Shown: piece after piece, positions 13,191 through 24,844 of the stretch
Position numbering within the stretch: position 1 is the stretch's first letter
Layout: each line of letters opens with the position of its first letter
NCBI GenBank assembly: GCA_013265495.1
Contig: MU058337.1
Coordinates: 870,001 to 934,000, forward strand
From: Vicugna vicugna
Taxonomy: Eukaryota
Direction of reading: 5' to 3'
DNA: 64,000 bases
Translations under genes and position numbers: made by a program
The notes under the pieces: generated by a model
What the model was told of the DNA's origin: nothing
Seen by the model: only the letters and a program-made list of their open reading frames with translations
Databases searched by the model: none

Positions 13191-14374
13191 ATGTAATTTT
13201 ACTTTAATTGGTATCCCCAATTCAATCACATCGCTCCTATTTAAACATGTACTATCTAAGAATTGCACGGAGACGATTTAAGAAGGCTGGTGAGCTTGCT
13301 TTGCCATTTTCTCTTTACCTACCATTTGGCTGTAATGCGCATACAGCCCTTGTTAATGGGTGAGATTTAAATGTAGAAATTTTGTTTTTTGTACTCAGAG
13401 TGTAACGTAAGACTCAGCAGTTAACCTTTTTATCATTGCAAATAACATGCACTTGGAATTACGTGGTAATTAATTATTCTCTTTTCAAGCTTATTTATTG
13501 AGAACCATTTGCCAAGCTATGATGTTAATACATGAACATAAAGTGCACTGTAACAAATGTTAACTATTTCCTACGAGAGCAAAAGGCTGATTTTCAATCT
13601 GACAGGTAGAAACAGGGATCAGTCCTTTCTTAATCTGTGCTCCCTTCTGACTGGTTCTGGAAAGGAAGTTCTTCCTTTTGGCAACAAGACAACTATTAAT
13701 ATATTTGACAAATCCAAGTTAGCTTTTCAATCATCTCACCTGGCTTTCATAGGTCACATATACAATATGCAATGAGAAATTCTTCTCACAGTGCTTTCCT
13801 AATGAAAAAAATCCGTGTCTTGCTGGAAAACAAAGTGACACTCTACCCTGACAAAAGCATATTTCCTCTGCTATTAAAAATGAAGATTCTGTAGGTACAA
13901 ACAGCATCAAATCCATTACTCCCTTTTTGTGAAGCCTGACTTCTGCCAGATGCTCTCTTGTGGCAAAGCTACAACTGCAGTCCTCACTGTGCTGCGTGAG
14001 TTAATGAGTTAATGGGTCAGTCTGCAGTTTTGTTATCACAGTGTTTCTCTAGGCAACATCTGATGGAACAATCATCTTACGCTTTGTGTTATGTGACAGT
14101 GACGTGCAAAGCACATTAATTGCGATAACGACTCAGCAGTTGTGACTTGCTGCAGGGGACACAATCCTAGTGAGCAACAAGCAGCCTACTGTGCTGCTAT
14201 GCTTTAGGAAAATACATGGCGCTGGTGAAGACGGTATATTTTAGCAATCTGTGGGTTCAGTGGCAGCCACCACAAGTCAACGTTATAACATGAATGACAG
14301 GAGAAACGGCCAGCTAGAGGCAGCAGAAATAATGCTGACCAAAACAGGATGACGGCTCACTATTTTTTTTTTCA

Positions 14375-14550
14375 ATTTGGGCAAGTTTTTCTTCTTCATA
14401 TCACTAATACTCAAGTTTTATCCATTAAGTGGAAGTAATAATACTACCATATCCGTAGCACTACGGTAGATCAGACGGGACGGTGCGGGGACGTGCTTAG
14501 CGTGCTGCTTAACAGCCACAGAGCCTCGTTAAGCCGTCGCCGTTAGTAAC
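14375..14550 (+). mobile_element. MIR SINE, GC-shifted 3' half
   Basis: 'ttgggcaagtt...ctcaagttttatccattaagtggaagtaataatactacc...gtgcttagcg' follows MIR core-to-tail order. Confidence 0.6.
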
Positions 14551-14713
14551 GCTGCTGTTGCTTCCGAGAAGACCGAGGTTCATCTGGGAAACTACTGTTT
14601 CAGCGTGTGCAGATCTGGACCTCGTGGTGCTTCTGCCTCTGTCCCCTGGTGTCACAGCTCATTTAGCTGTGAACTTGAGTTGGACAGATTCTAATAATTT
14701 GTGGATTGTCAGG

Positions 14714-14794
14714 GTATTTTTTTTTCATTGACAATCTGTCAGTTTCTGGTGTACAACACAATGTCCTCGTCATGCATATACGTACATATACATA
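14714..14794 (-). mobile_element. Very short 5'-truncated young L1 3' end with TSD
   Basis: Poly-T followed by 'gtcagtttctggtgtacaacacaatgtcctcgtcatgcatatacgtacatata' (antisense artiodactyl-type L1 tail); flanked by direct repeat gattgtcagg at 14704-14713 and 14795-14804. Confidence 0.8.
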
Positions 14795-16859
14795 GATTGT
14801 CAGGTTTTTGAAAATGCAAATCAGATTGCATCAGTGGCTTCCCATTTTTCTTAGGATAAAAGAGCAAAGAGAGGGAGACCTTGGCCAACCTTGCTGGCCT
14901 CAACTCCAGCTGCTCCCTAATTCATACCATTATCCCCCTACGCCCTCCTCCCCACACCCCCATGTACCCTCACCCTCAGTCTACAGAGGTGGCCCAGGGA
15001 ACTTCTTGCTGACATTCTGCTTTTTGCCCGCATCTTCTTCCAGCTGTCCCTTCCAGTCTCATTTACCTGACTACCTGTTCTCATCCTTTAAAAGTGACTT
15101 CTGGGGAGTCACCCCTACACCTACCCCATTTCCATGCAGAATGTGGTAGTCTCCAGGCAGTCGTGTGGGGACTGGCAGAGGGGTGAGGGTGGGCGCTCAC
15201 AGCTCCCCTGAAATTGTTCAGTAAACACAACTAGTCTTCCTGTCTTTGGTCCCCCGATGTCCCTCTCTTCTTGGTGACTCTCCTGCTCCTTGTGGTCACC
15301 TGTCCAATGACTGCCTTCCTGCCACAGTGAAGGGTGCTGATGGGCCAGCCAGGGGCCACTTTCCCCAACTCCATCAGCAGTGCCTCGCACAGCACTTGGC
15401 CTGCAGGAAGAACTGAACACCTGAATGTCTGAATGAGGGATAAATCCATGAGTTCAACTGCACATCTTTTATTTTACCTTCAGCCTGTGGGCAGGATTGC
15501 AAGAAAACATTCTCAGAAGTGTGTCGTGAGCCCTACAAGCAAGGAAGAGTCACAACCGTCCTTAAATGTCCTTACATTTCCTTGAATTTCACAGCCTTTC
15601 CAGCAATCCCTTGTTCATGGGACTTAGCTCAAACCATCCCTAGGGCCTTAAAAGCTGAGATATACCTTTACTGTGAAAGGAAATATATTCCATCCACGTT
15701 CTAAAAATGCAGCCTAAACAAATTGGATGCTGAGTTCCAAGCATTTCTGTTGGTAGTTTACTGACTCAATTTTTTCCACCTCCTCCCACCTCCAAATCTT
15801 ATTATAGTTGAAAATCTGATGCCTGTGGAGCTCCTTGGACTGGGTATTTTAAAGTCTCTTCCAGTACAAATATCTTTAATACAGGTGAAAATTATAGCTT
15901 TGCACAGATATTTTTCAGAATATATACAAAGTTGCCATGATTTGTCCTGTGTCCTTCACACGCCCCCCTCTTTATAATTCTGAGTAAGAAATATGGGGCA
16001 GGGCTGAAGTACATATTCTGAAACTGACTGACACAGAGTCCAGGTTGTCTGCACCCAAACGCCACACAAAGTCTGGTGTACTGTCTCTTCTGAGACTACA
16101 GTTCTTTTCCAACTCTGTACCCAGAAAACATTTCAAGTGTTTCAGCAGCTTTGTTATTTGTTTGTGTATGTGTGTTTGTGTGTCTCCGTGTGTGTCTTAC
16201 TCCTTGGTCCCTTCCAGAGTAACTATTCCGATTCTTAAGGGCCAGGTCCTCGTAAATGGCCGTCCGGGGTGGGGGGACGTTGCCCACACGGCCCAACGGA
16301 GCAAGCGCGGTCGGCTAGACCTGCCTCCGCCTACATTTCAGTCTCAGTTTGGGTTATATTTGCCAGCTGATTCTTTTCGTAGATTTCATTCAGATTGCTT
16401 TTCCGTCTTTCACTCTGACACTTTGGGGAAGGAGAGTGACAACAGTGCTGGAAATCGGGAAGTAACTACAGCAAAATCTGCATATCCAGCAATGCTAGCA
16501 CTGAAAGTATGTCATTAAAAATGACTCTGAATATTGTATTGTTTGCTAATTAGAAATGCTGATCATTGAATCTGTGTCATTCCCCTCTGCCTGAACACCG
16601 TAATGTCTGCCTTTCCTGGTCTGCCTGTCTCTTCGGGTTTACTTTGATTCCTTTCTTTCTGTGACAACAACAGCGAATATTTCAGCTTCCTGTACTTCTT
16701 CCTTCTCTCAACTTTTAATTAAACTTTGTACATTTAATCATATATTGCTTCTCATCATTTTTTTTCACTGATTTCAATATGTGTCTAATCTTCCTAACGC
16801 ATGGAAATGCTGTATCAGTTAAGAGTTCAGGTTTTGCAATCAGGGCTGAGTTGAAATGC

Positions 16860-17430
16860 ATCCATTCAACCCATAAATATTTACTGAGCACTTGTTATGT
16901 GCCAGACGCGTGCTCTGCTCTAGAGACCGGGGCACAGCAGTGACTGAAACACGCAAAATTCCTGTCCTCAGAGGGCTCAGACAGTGTAACGCGTGGACAC
17001 AACATTAACAATCCAACACACAAACACTATGACATTAGCTATGGATGGGGCTGTGAAGAAATACGAAGACCGAAAGGACACAGAGTGAAAAGTCAAGGGG
17101 GGTGCTGCTACTTCAAATAGCGTGGACAGGAAAGACCTCTCTGATAACGGAGGAGTAATCATGAGGGTCTGTAGAGAGAAGAGGAAGGAGCAAGTGTGAA
17201 AACCCAGAGACAGGAGAGAGCTAGGTGCGTCCAAGAACAGCAGAGCAGTCGGCATGCCGGGAGCTGAGTGATGCGCCGGCGAGCATGGCAGTGACTTGGA
17301 GAGAGGGCCGGCAGCCACGGTCTGCCGCCTTGCCCCGGGCTGCAGTGGGGGACGCTGTGGAGAGTGGAACAGGGGAGTGATGTGCTCCTATCTGCGTTAC
17401 AAAAGGATTTCTTTGGCTGATCTGTGGATA
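16860..17430 (-). mobile_element. L2 LINE 3' fragment
   Basis: 'cattcaacccataaatatttactgagcacttgttatgtgccag...cctgtcctcagagggctcaga...ggaaagacctctctga...caggggagtgatgtgctc' is the typical antisense L2 3' end. Confidence 0.85.
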
Positions 17431-17589
17431 TTCTTATGAGTTCTCATAAGCCTTGGTTTCCCCAGGTATATAACACGAGCCATATTAAACCTAATTTCAT
17501 TGGTTGTTGTGATTGTTAAACGAGATAATATGCAAGTTCAGAGCGCAGGTCCCACCTCCCTAATTCAGTTCACCACTGTTGATGTCCTT

Positions 17590-17945
17590 TTAGCTCCCTG
17601 AGTGCACCTGAGTCGTCTCTCACTCTGAGACCTTGGGCACTTGCTCCCCTTAATCCTGGGGGCTCCCTGCTGCTCTGCCCAGCTCATCTCTCACAGCAGA
17701 GCCACAGCAGTGGACCCTCAGATCCTTCCCTCACTCTTTCCCGTAGTTCCCTTATCTTTCCTTTCCTTCCCACAGTTTGCAATTTTACATTATTTATGAG
17801 GTGATTTGCTTAATTTATTCCCAAGACCACCAGCCCCAAGACACACAGAACATGTTCATTCCTGTTCTGTATAGCACTGTGTCCCCAGCACCTAGCCCAG
17901 AGCCTGACGTTCCATCGACATTCGTTGAATGAATGTTGAATGAAC
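17590..17945 (+). mobile_element. L2 LINE 3' fragment
   Basis: Ends in 'cactgtgtccccagcacctagcccagagcctgac...gttgaatgaatgttgaatgaa', the L2 tail. Confidence 0.75.
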
Positions 17946-20079
17946 ACGACCATTATTTCACTGCAGTGGTGGCTGCGTGGTCCGTCCTGTCTAAGAACCT
18001 ATTAAACTGAGCTGAGGTCTGACATCTGTCACTTGGGGTCCCGCCAGTAGCCACCCGTCCTATCTGTAAGGACTCCTTTCTACAAAAAGGTGACAGCCTA
18101 TTCCTGTTGGGTTTTGCTTGTTGATTCATCTTTTTACTCTTTTTGTGATGACCCTGTTCCATGCAATGTGGCTATTCTGTACAGCACCCACAGGACTCAT
18201 TTTGAAGGGAACTTATACTTCCTCCTGAAGTGTGCATGGTGGGCCGTGATGGAATATTTGTTGGCTTTCTAACATTTTCACTCATCCCTGTTTATTATAT
18301 AGTGCTGAAATTCATTTCCTAAACTTTTCATGATGAGTGTTTACTGCATGCTCTTTTAATACTTGCCCTCTTAGGAACTGAATCGTTTAGTTTTCAGAAT
18401 TTGCCACCTCTGGGTCAATTTAATTGTAAGATTTGTCAATGCTCTACTCCACCATTACAATAATTGGTAAAATATTTATTTTTCTTTTTAAAGAAATAAA
18501 CCATATGCTCCCAGTGGACAAATTCTTCGAAGCCGTCATCAATTCAGAGACGTGATCACAGCGCTGCTGAGAGCACTAGGATGCCCACTTGCTTTATGAT
18601 TGTCCCTGCTCCGGAAAGCTGGATGCAGTTTTCAGAAGCTGTTTTTGCCTCCAAGTTACAGGTTACACACGGACAGAATCCCGGTCAAACAATTTTTAAG
18701 AATTAAACTCTCATTAGGAGAAAAATGCTGTACCCTGGAGTGAGATAGGGGTGGAAAGACTATTTTGAGTCCATATCTCTTTCAAGAAGGTAGAATTTAG
18801 GATGGATTTCATGGACTTTAGAGTGGATTTAAATTTACCTTTATTATGACAATGAGATACTTTCATATCTGTGTCTTATAGAAAGATCTGTGAGTAAACC
18901 TTTGTCTTTTTAAAGGTTTTATTGCTTGCACCCTAATGCATGAACATCCACATAAAAACTGCTCTTAATACTGATGAATCTTTAGCCTTATTTGATGTCA
19001 TACCACTCAAAAGGTTAGACGTAATAGGAACTCTTCCCCTTTGATCATTTCCAAGGACCAAAACAACCTCATGGCCGCTTTTTAAGTAGCGTAAGACTAT
19101 GATTATATGAAGTAGAAAGAAGGTTCTGTTAGCCAAGATAAAAACAGGAAAAAAAGGAAAAAAGGTATATAATTTCAACCGTAAATATAATGTTCCCAAA
19201 AGAGGTGAGTCATTGTTTTCCTCTGATCTTTGTAGAGAAGAAGGTATTAGATTTCCTTATGAAGAACTCGCCTTCGGTGCTTAGCATTTATTAAGCCTAT
19301 GGACCACTTTTTCCCCCTGCTTTGCAGGATTGATTTAGCAACTTGCATAAGTATTACATTGAGCATGTCATATAAGCTATGAGAAATGCATTCTTTCTCA
19401 TCTCCAGAGTACATTTAAAACGTTGAATTATGCATTTTAGAGACCAAATAAACCGAGTAATGGAGCAGCCGCAGGCGTGCCGCTTCCTCCCAGCCCGGGT
19501 TTGTCCGCAGGGCAGCGCCTTCATCGAGCACGATCCCCACTAGCTGCACAAGTGCTCTGCTCGGGCTAGCACACTCACCACACAGGCAGTTAAAAGTAGT
19601 GTAAGAGAGTTTCTAAACACAAGAAGTAGAAACTTAGCTATAAATCATTTCTGTGATCACTCTTCTCTGCTTCCAAACCATGAGGGATTGTGGGGACAGG
19701 GTGGAAAGCCAAAACAGGAAGAAAAAGCAAAGGCGGGAAGTAAAATTTGGAGTCAGACGGGGAGCACCAGCCCCGTGTGTGCCAAGAGGCTGCAGTCACT
19801 CCGCTCAGAGCTGCAGTCACCAGGCCGGCAGGGACCCAAACCCGGGCGTCTTGATGGGAGAGACCTCTGACCTCCAGTAGGACACCTCTTACAGAGTTTT
19901 TGCCAAGACAGTTGGGGCAGTAGATTGTGCTGGGAAGGTGGTACGTTGGCACAGCAGAATGGCAGTACCAGAAATAAGCGGGGAGAATCCTCAAAGTCGT
20001 AAGTTACAGTATTGTCCTTAGAATTTTAGTAGTGTAATTCCAGATGACCTGTTAAGTGAACACACGGTCACTCCATGTA

Positions 20080-20215
20080 CGTCCCACAACCCCCAGAAGT
20101 ACGAATCATATAACCCCTTTCAGAGGCGAGAGAACTGAGGTCAAGGGAGTTTGAGTCGTGTGCAATAAACACAGCGATGACGCCTTCAGCTCGATGTGAC
20201 TTCAAAGCCTGTTCT
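20080..20215 (-). mobile_element. MIR fragment
   Basis: 'cccacaacccc...cccctttcagaggcgagagaactgaggtcaagggagtttgagt...tgtgacttcaaagcc'. Confidence 0.6.
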
Positions 20216-20332
20216 CGTCTGTGTCTCTGGGAGGAAAGGTGTTTGTAGCGTGATGCCTCTAGCTGCCACGTTTATGAGCAAAAGCCATTAAAGACTTTTA
20301 TAACCCAAATAAAACCAGGGTATAGTATCAAG

Positions 20333-20838
20333 TATCGCATTCGCTATCGACTGCTGAATAACGAATTACCACATAGTTAGCTGCTCAAAACAACCCTCAC
20401 TTGTCACCTCACAGTGTCTGTGGGCAGGATCCGGGCCCGGCCCAGCAGGCGCCGCCCCTCCGGTGAGTCTGTGCAGGACTGAATGCGAGGAGCCGGGCGG
20501 GGGCGAGGCCTCCTCTGAAGGCGGGGCCGTGGAAGGACCCATCTCCAAGCCCGTGTGCTTGTGGGCTGGTCGTTCACAGCTCTGAGCGTCGTGAGACTGC
20601 TGACTGCGGCCTCCTGCTGTCTCTTGGCTGGGGGCCTCGCTGGGTCTCTGACTGTCCGGGCCTCTGCAGTGTGGCTTCCGGCTTCAGCAAGGCCAGCAGA
20701 GAGGAGTCTGTTAGCGAGGGTGACGCCTGGGCGCGGAAGGGCCGCCCCTCAGCTTTGCTAGGCCAGGCGCCAGTCAGCAGGAGGGGACTGTACGTGGGCA
20801 GGGCCAGGAGGAGGGGTGACTGGGGCCTGCCCAACACA
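20333..20838 (-). mobile_element. MaLR solo LTR, MLT1F-like, unusually CpG-rich
   Basis: 'taacgaattaccaca...aaaacaac...ctcacagtgtctgtggg...ggcttcagcaaggccagcagagaggagtctgttagcgag...ccaggaggagggg...cctgcccaacaca' is colinear with antisense MLT1F. Confidence 0.8.
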
Positions 20839-21801
20839 GGCACGGAGATACAAATGCGTTTTGTGGAAAACGATGAGGGGTAACCTCACTGTTCAGCGTA
20901 ACGCTTACACAAATAAATTAGTAAGTTACATAATTCAGAAACAATTAAAACGTCAAAGCGTTTGTGTAAAAAGTCCACGTTACCGTCCAGTGTGGGTTTG
21001 GTTACGACACTACCATATCCTAAATGCATCACACAGTTATGTATCTCCAGTCACGAGCCATTAGCGCACACTGACAATTAATACAGCAGCGAAAGAAACA
21101 GCATTGTTTTTTAAAGTGACAATTATTTCATTTGGGTGAGAATAATTTAAAAACTGTCTGTTTATTTTAGAAATGCACAGTATTTTTTCCCTTTGACATG
21201 GAAATGAGCAACTCCAGGGAAAAGCCTGTCATACAAAGACCAGTTGACAAAATAATAATTTGCTTTAATTCATCTCCAGTGTTTGTTGGTGATGAAGCTA
21301 TCTCCGATTTGATTTTAGAAGAGACAGCGTAGTCACGAGTGGGCTGACTACTGGACAAGAAAACAAAACCCTTTTAGCGATGCAGGTTGGACTTCAGATC
21401 CTCTGTGTTCAGCGAGGATTTACATGTTGGCCAAATCAGAATATACATGATTGAGACTTCATTTTTCCTTAGGGCCTGTCTCAGAGGGATTGAGTTAACC
21501 AAGTATCTGGATAATTTCATTAGGGAAGGAGTGTCTACGTGGGTCTAATCTAGCCTGGCCCACTCAGTTTGTCTTGAGCAGAGTGATGTATCAACGTTTG
21601 TTCTATAAGCTATGCCATCACACACGACTGTCCGAGATTCTTAAAGACAGAAGAGCAAAATTGATTGTATTAAGGCACTTTAATGAAAACAAATTTAAAT
21701 TTGCTCTGTGTTATTTTTTTTTTAACCAGAGTTCTAAGAGAGGGCCATTCAGAAAGGAGATAAAACACAGTTTAGAAAAATTAATGAGAGATGGAGTGAA
21801 A

Positions 21802-22990
21802 TTGATCAACCATACAATTTGTTCCGAACTGGAGACAATTTTGAGAAGGAAAGGGGATGTTAGACATATGCAGTTTAAAAAAGTATATAGTAATTAATAA
21901 ATAATTTTATTATATTGGCAGACAAAGTTATATGCAAAACCATTTTAGTGAAATTCTTTACAAAAATAAAAAATAACAAAAATATGTGCATGTTGAAACA
22001 CCTCAAAAATATATATAAATATTTGAACATTGAATACTAACACAAATAATAATTATTCTTGATACATTTCATATACTTTTAATTGGTATTTTGGCCACAT
22101 CTCTCCCCAGTACTATGCCCCAAGTATTTTCTGGAAGAATGCTTATAGAACACAGTCTTAAGTTTTCAAAAATATAATTGCCTGCTATCTTCATCAAAGA
22201 TGCATTTTACATTTTCTTGTTTTATGTTTACAAAATTTGAAAATATCAACATGTTCAATTAACTCTGACCATGCTATACTATTTCTAACTGAGGAAAAAT
22301 TATCTTTGCTGGTGCTAAGATACATGGAAAATTCAAAGCAAATTTTACTACCTGGAGCATACTTTCAATATACCTTTGTTCTATTTAAATGGATAAATAT
22401 TTTAATGCAAACATTATCACATTTTTTGTTAAAGTCATTCTATCTTTGAAAAAATTTTCAAGACAAAACTTAACAATTTGTTTTTATTTATTATTATTGT
22501 AAATATTTTGCCACTTTTAGATACTTCAAAATTTCAGGCAGTCCAAATGTCACAAAATTCTGGCATAGACTGTAAATTTATCCAATTAACACAGCAGTTC
22601 CTTCCAAAAGTCCTTCCCGTGAGTGGAGATATTCCAAAGCTCTCCATTAAAAGATCAACATTAAATCTTGGACATGGTTTGAACTCTTATCACATTATTG
22701 TGTTCAAGTTAATTTATTCTGTTTCTTTCTTGCTTTTATAAGATATAGTTCTATTTTTTTCTTTTTACAAACTTTGTTTTCAATGGCTAAAAGCACTAAA
22801 AAGCACTAAAAAAAAGCTGAAGTGGTTTGGTGCTTTATTTATCCAATATTTTGATTAGAAATTTACACTTTATTTTGAACAAACATAGCAAAAATTTGCA
22901 GGCTTTATTTTCAAAACAGTTCAATAATAGGACTAAATTTACAAAGTAGTTCTTCAAAAGTTAAAACATTCCTAAAATCTCATCTTTAGG
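21802..22990 (-). mobile_element. hAT DNA transposon fossil, Blackjack-type (one end plus C-terminal transposase region)
   Basis: Terminal-like 'aaccatacaatttgttccgaactggagacaattttgagaaggaaagggg' at ~21808-21856 resembles the recalled Blackjack/MER94 terminus. Minus-strand transposase remnants lie adjacent. Confidence 0.75.
22124..22990 (-). pseudogene. Decayed hAT transposase, C-terminal half including dimerisation domain
   Basis: Manual minus-strand translation across stops and frameshifts gives, in order: ILGMF*LLKNYF (22978-22943), LLNCFENK, HQTTSAF, LKTKF, ALEYL (22640-22626), NWINLQSMPE (from 22587), IKIFIHLN, FALNFPCILAPAKIIFPQL (22342-22286), HSSRKY (22141-22124). This matches the hAT order ..ILxMFxPLKxYF..ALEYL..NWINL..FALxLPxTSAPVERxFS..HSSEKY. 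Confidence 0.8.
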
Positions 22991-23278
22991 TAACGTTCCA
23001 TAAAGTACCTGAAAATGAGAATTGAAAATAGATGTACTTAATTTAAAAGAACAAGAATAACAGATGTTTCACTATTCACAGAATTAATTTCCAAAAGCTT
23101 TACTTTGATTTCGTGAATTGGTTGGAAAAAGTCGAACTGTTACTGGAATTAACTGATTCTTAATTTGAAACATCTGATGATACTGGTGTGTTTCTCTGCA
23201 TTTATCAATGTTAACTGCTGAGCTGTTCCATGACATTTCACCATGAGCAATTACCCTGAGCCTAATCTTGTCCTAGAG

Positions 23279-23450
23279 CAGCTCTCAGAGTGTGGGTCCT
23301 AGACCAGCAGTGTCAAGTATCAACTGGAAACTCGTTAGGAAAACAGTTTCTCAGGCTTCGGCCCAGCCCCTCTGGATCAGGAGTCTAGCAGTCGTGTTAC
23401 TCCAGACCTTCCAGATGCTCCTTGTGTGTGATGAAATTGGAGAGCCCCTG
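23279..23450 (+). mobile_element. MER5A non-autonomous hAT-Charlie element
   Basis: 'cagctctcagagtgtgggtcctagaccagcag...ctggaaactcgttagg...ggatcaggagtct...ttggagagcccctg', ~170 bp, preceded by a ctaga-type target. Confidence 0.8.
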
Positions 23451-24497
23451 CCAAAAAGCAGAGTTGAAGGCCATCTTCTCTCTGTCGGTGTTTTATTTTA
23501 AATTTACTTAAGGTAAGCATAGTTACATACAAAAAAAACTTGAGTAAATTATTTATTATTAAAAAAACTTAGCCACTCTATCAGATAGTCCATGCCTCAA
23601 TTTGCATGACTAATTGATAATAGGCTAAATTCACATATGTAAATATGCCTAATTATGTTTGAAAAGCTAGAAAATTAGATGATTTGTGAATCATCTAAAT
23701 AAATAAAAATTACATGCATGAAATTTATGTGCTGCATGTACCAATTCTGAGGTAGAGGTATAAATAAATGTGGTGTTAAATGAATGTCACGACAGACAAT
23801 TAGCAAAATTTTAATTCTAGTGTCCTCTTTATTACACACCATGGTCTTGTAAAATGGCTTAAAATGAAACATTATGGTCTTTTAAAAGGAGCATCATTAT
23901 GTAGTGACCTTAGTTAACGCCATTTTATTCATCGTGGCAACAGCAGAGTACATAGAATGATAATCATCATTGCACACCGTATTGGTCTTTTCTGCTTTGG
24001 ATGTTTGTTTTTGTTTGGTCTGTTTATGATATGTTTATAAACGAAAAAATTACATAGACGTTTTAATAGAGATTGAAGCTGGGACATAGGGCATTCTGCC
24101 ACTCCTTTTGCTCCCGGCGATGCATCTCAAGAGTCCCCTGTTCCTTTACACTCGGAGGGTGCTGGTCGGCTGAAGACGATCTGAACTCTTCCAGGAAGTG
24201 GGAATTTGAGTTAAGCAGGGCTCTGCAGGCCACAGGCTCTGGGCAGATGTATTATGATGGTGACATGGCCGAGGCCACAGCGTTTTGGGGAGCACTAGGG
24301 CTGAGCAGACGGGAGAGGGGGGACCTTTCTCTTTCCTCAACTGGACTGATTTCCTCTCTCCTAGGCACTGTGTGTGTATGTGTGTGTTGTGTTTTGTTTT
24401 AACTGTGAGTTGTTTATTTTAGGGAAGTGCCTGTGAATGCTGACCATCTATGTTGTGGGTGTTCGGTTGTGTTTGCCATAGTAGCTCATTTATATGG

Positions 24498-24640
24498 AGA
24501 CACACACGCACATCTTCTTGCACACAGAAATGCACACACGTATGCATGCACACACACTCATGTATATATTTTTATCTGTGTATTTTCATACAAAGGAATA
24601 CTTATATATAAGTGTATATAGTTTTATGTTAAAGTGTATA
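24498..24640. repeat. CA/TA-rich low-complexity tract
   Basis: acacacacgcaca...tgcacacacgtatgcatgcacacacac...tatatata. Confidence 0.7.
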
Positions 24641-24770
24641 TCATAGACAATTTTATAAATGTTTATGTAAAAAGTTCAACATAATTTTTCTTCTTCCTAT
24701 AGTATAACATAGAACATATCCATCGTAGGTATATGAATGTTGTATACAACCCTCTGCAGCCATTTTTCCC

Positions 24771-24844
24771 ATTAAGCAAATAAGAGAGCTGCTTCTAAAA
24801 TTATTATTAAGCAAATAAGAGAGCTGCTTCTAAAATTATTATTA
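24771..24844 (+). repeat. Perfect 35-bp tandem duplication
   Basis: attaagcaaataagagagctgcttctaaaattatt at 24771-24805 and 24806-24840, plus a partial 'atta'. Confidence 0.95.

Noticed and set aside
21574..22741. Plus-strand ORFs 21574-21897, 22237-22449 and 22478-22741
   Set aside because: They overlap the terminus of, or lie antisense to, the decayed hAT element and are incidental open frames.
22124..22990. Domesticated (ZBED-like) transposase gene
   Set aside because: Multiple in-frame stops and frameshifts, a substituted catalytic Glu position, and no N-terminal half found.
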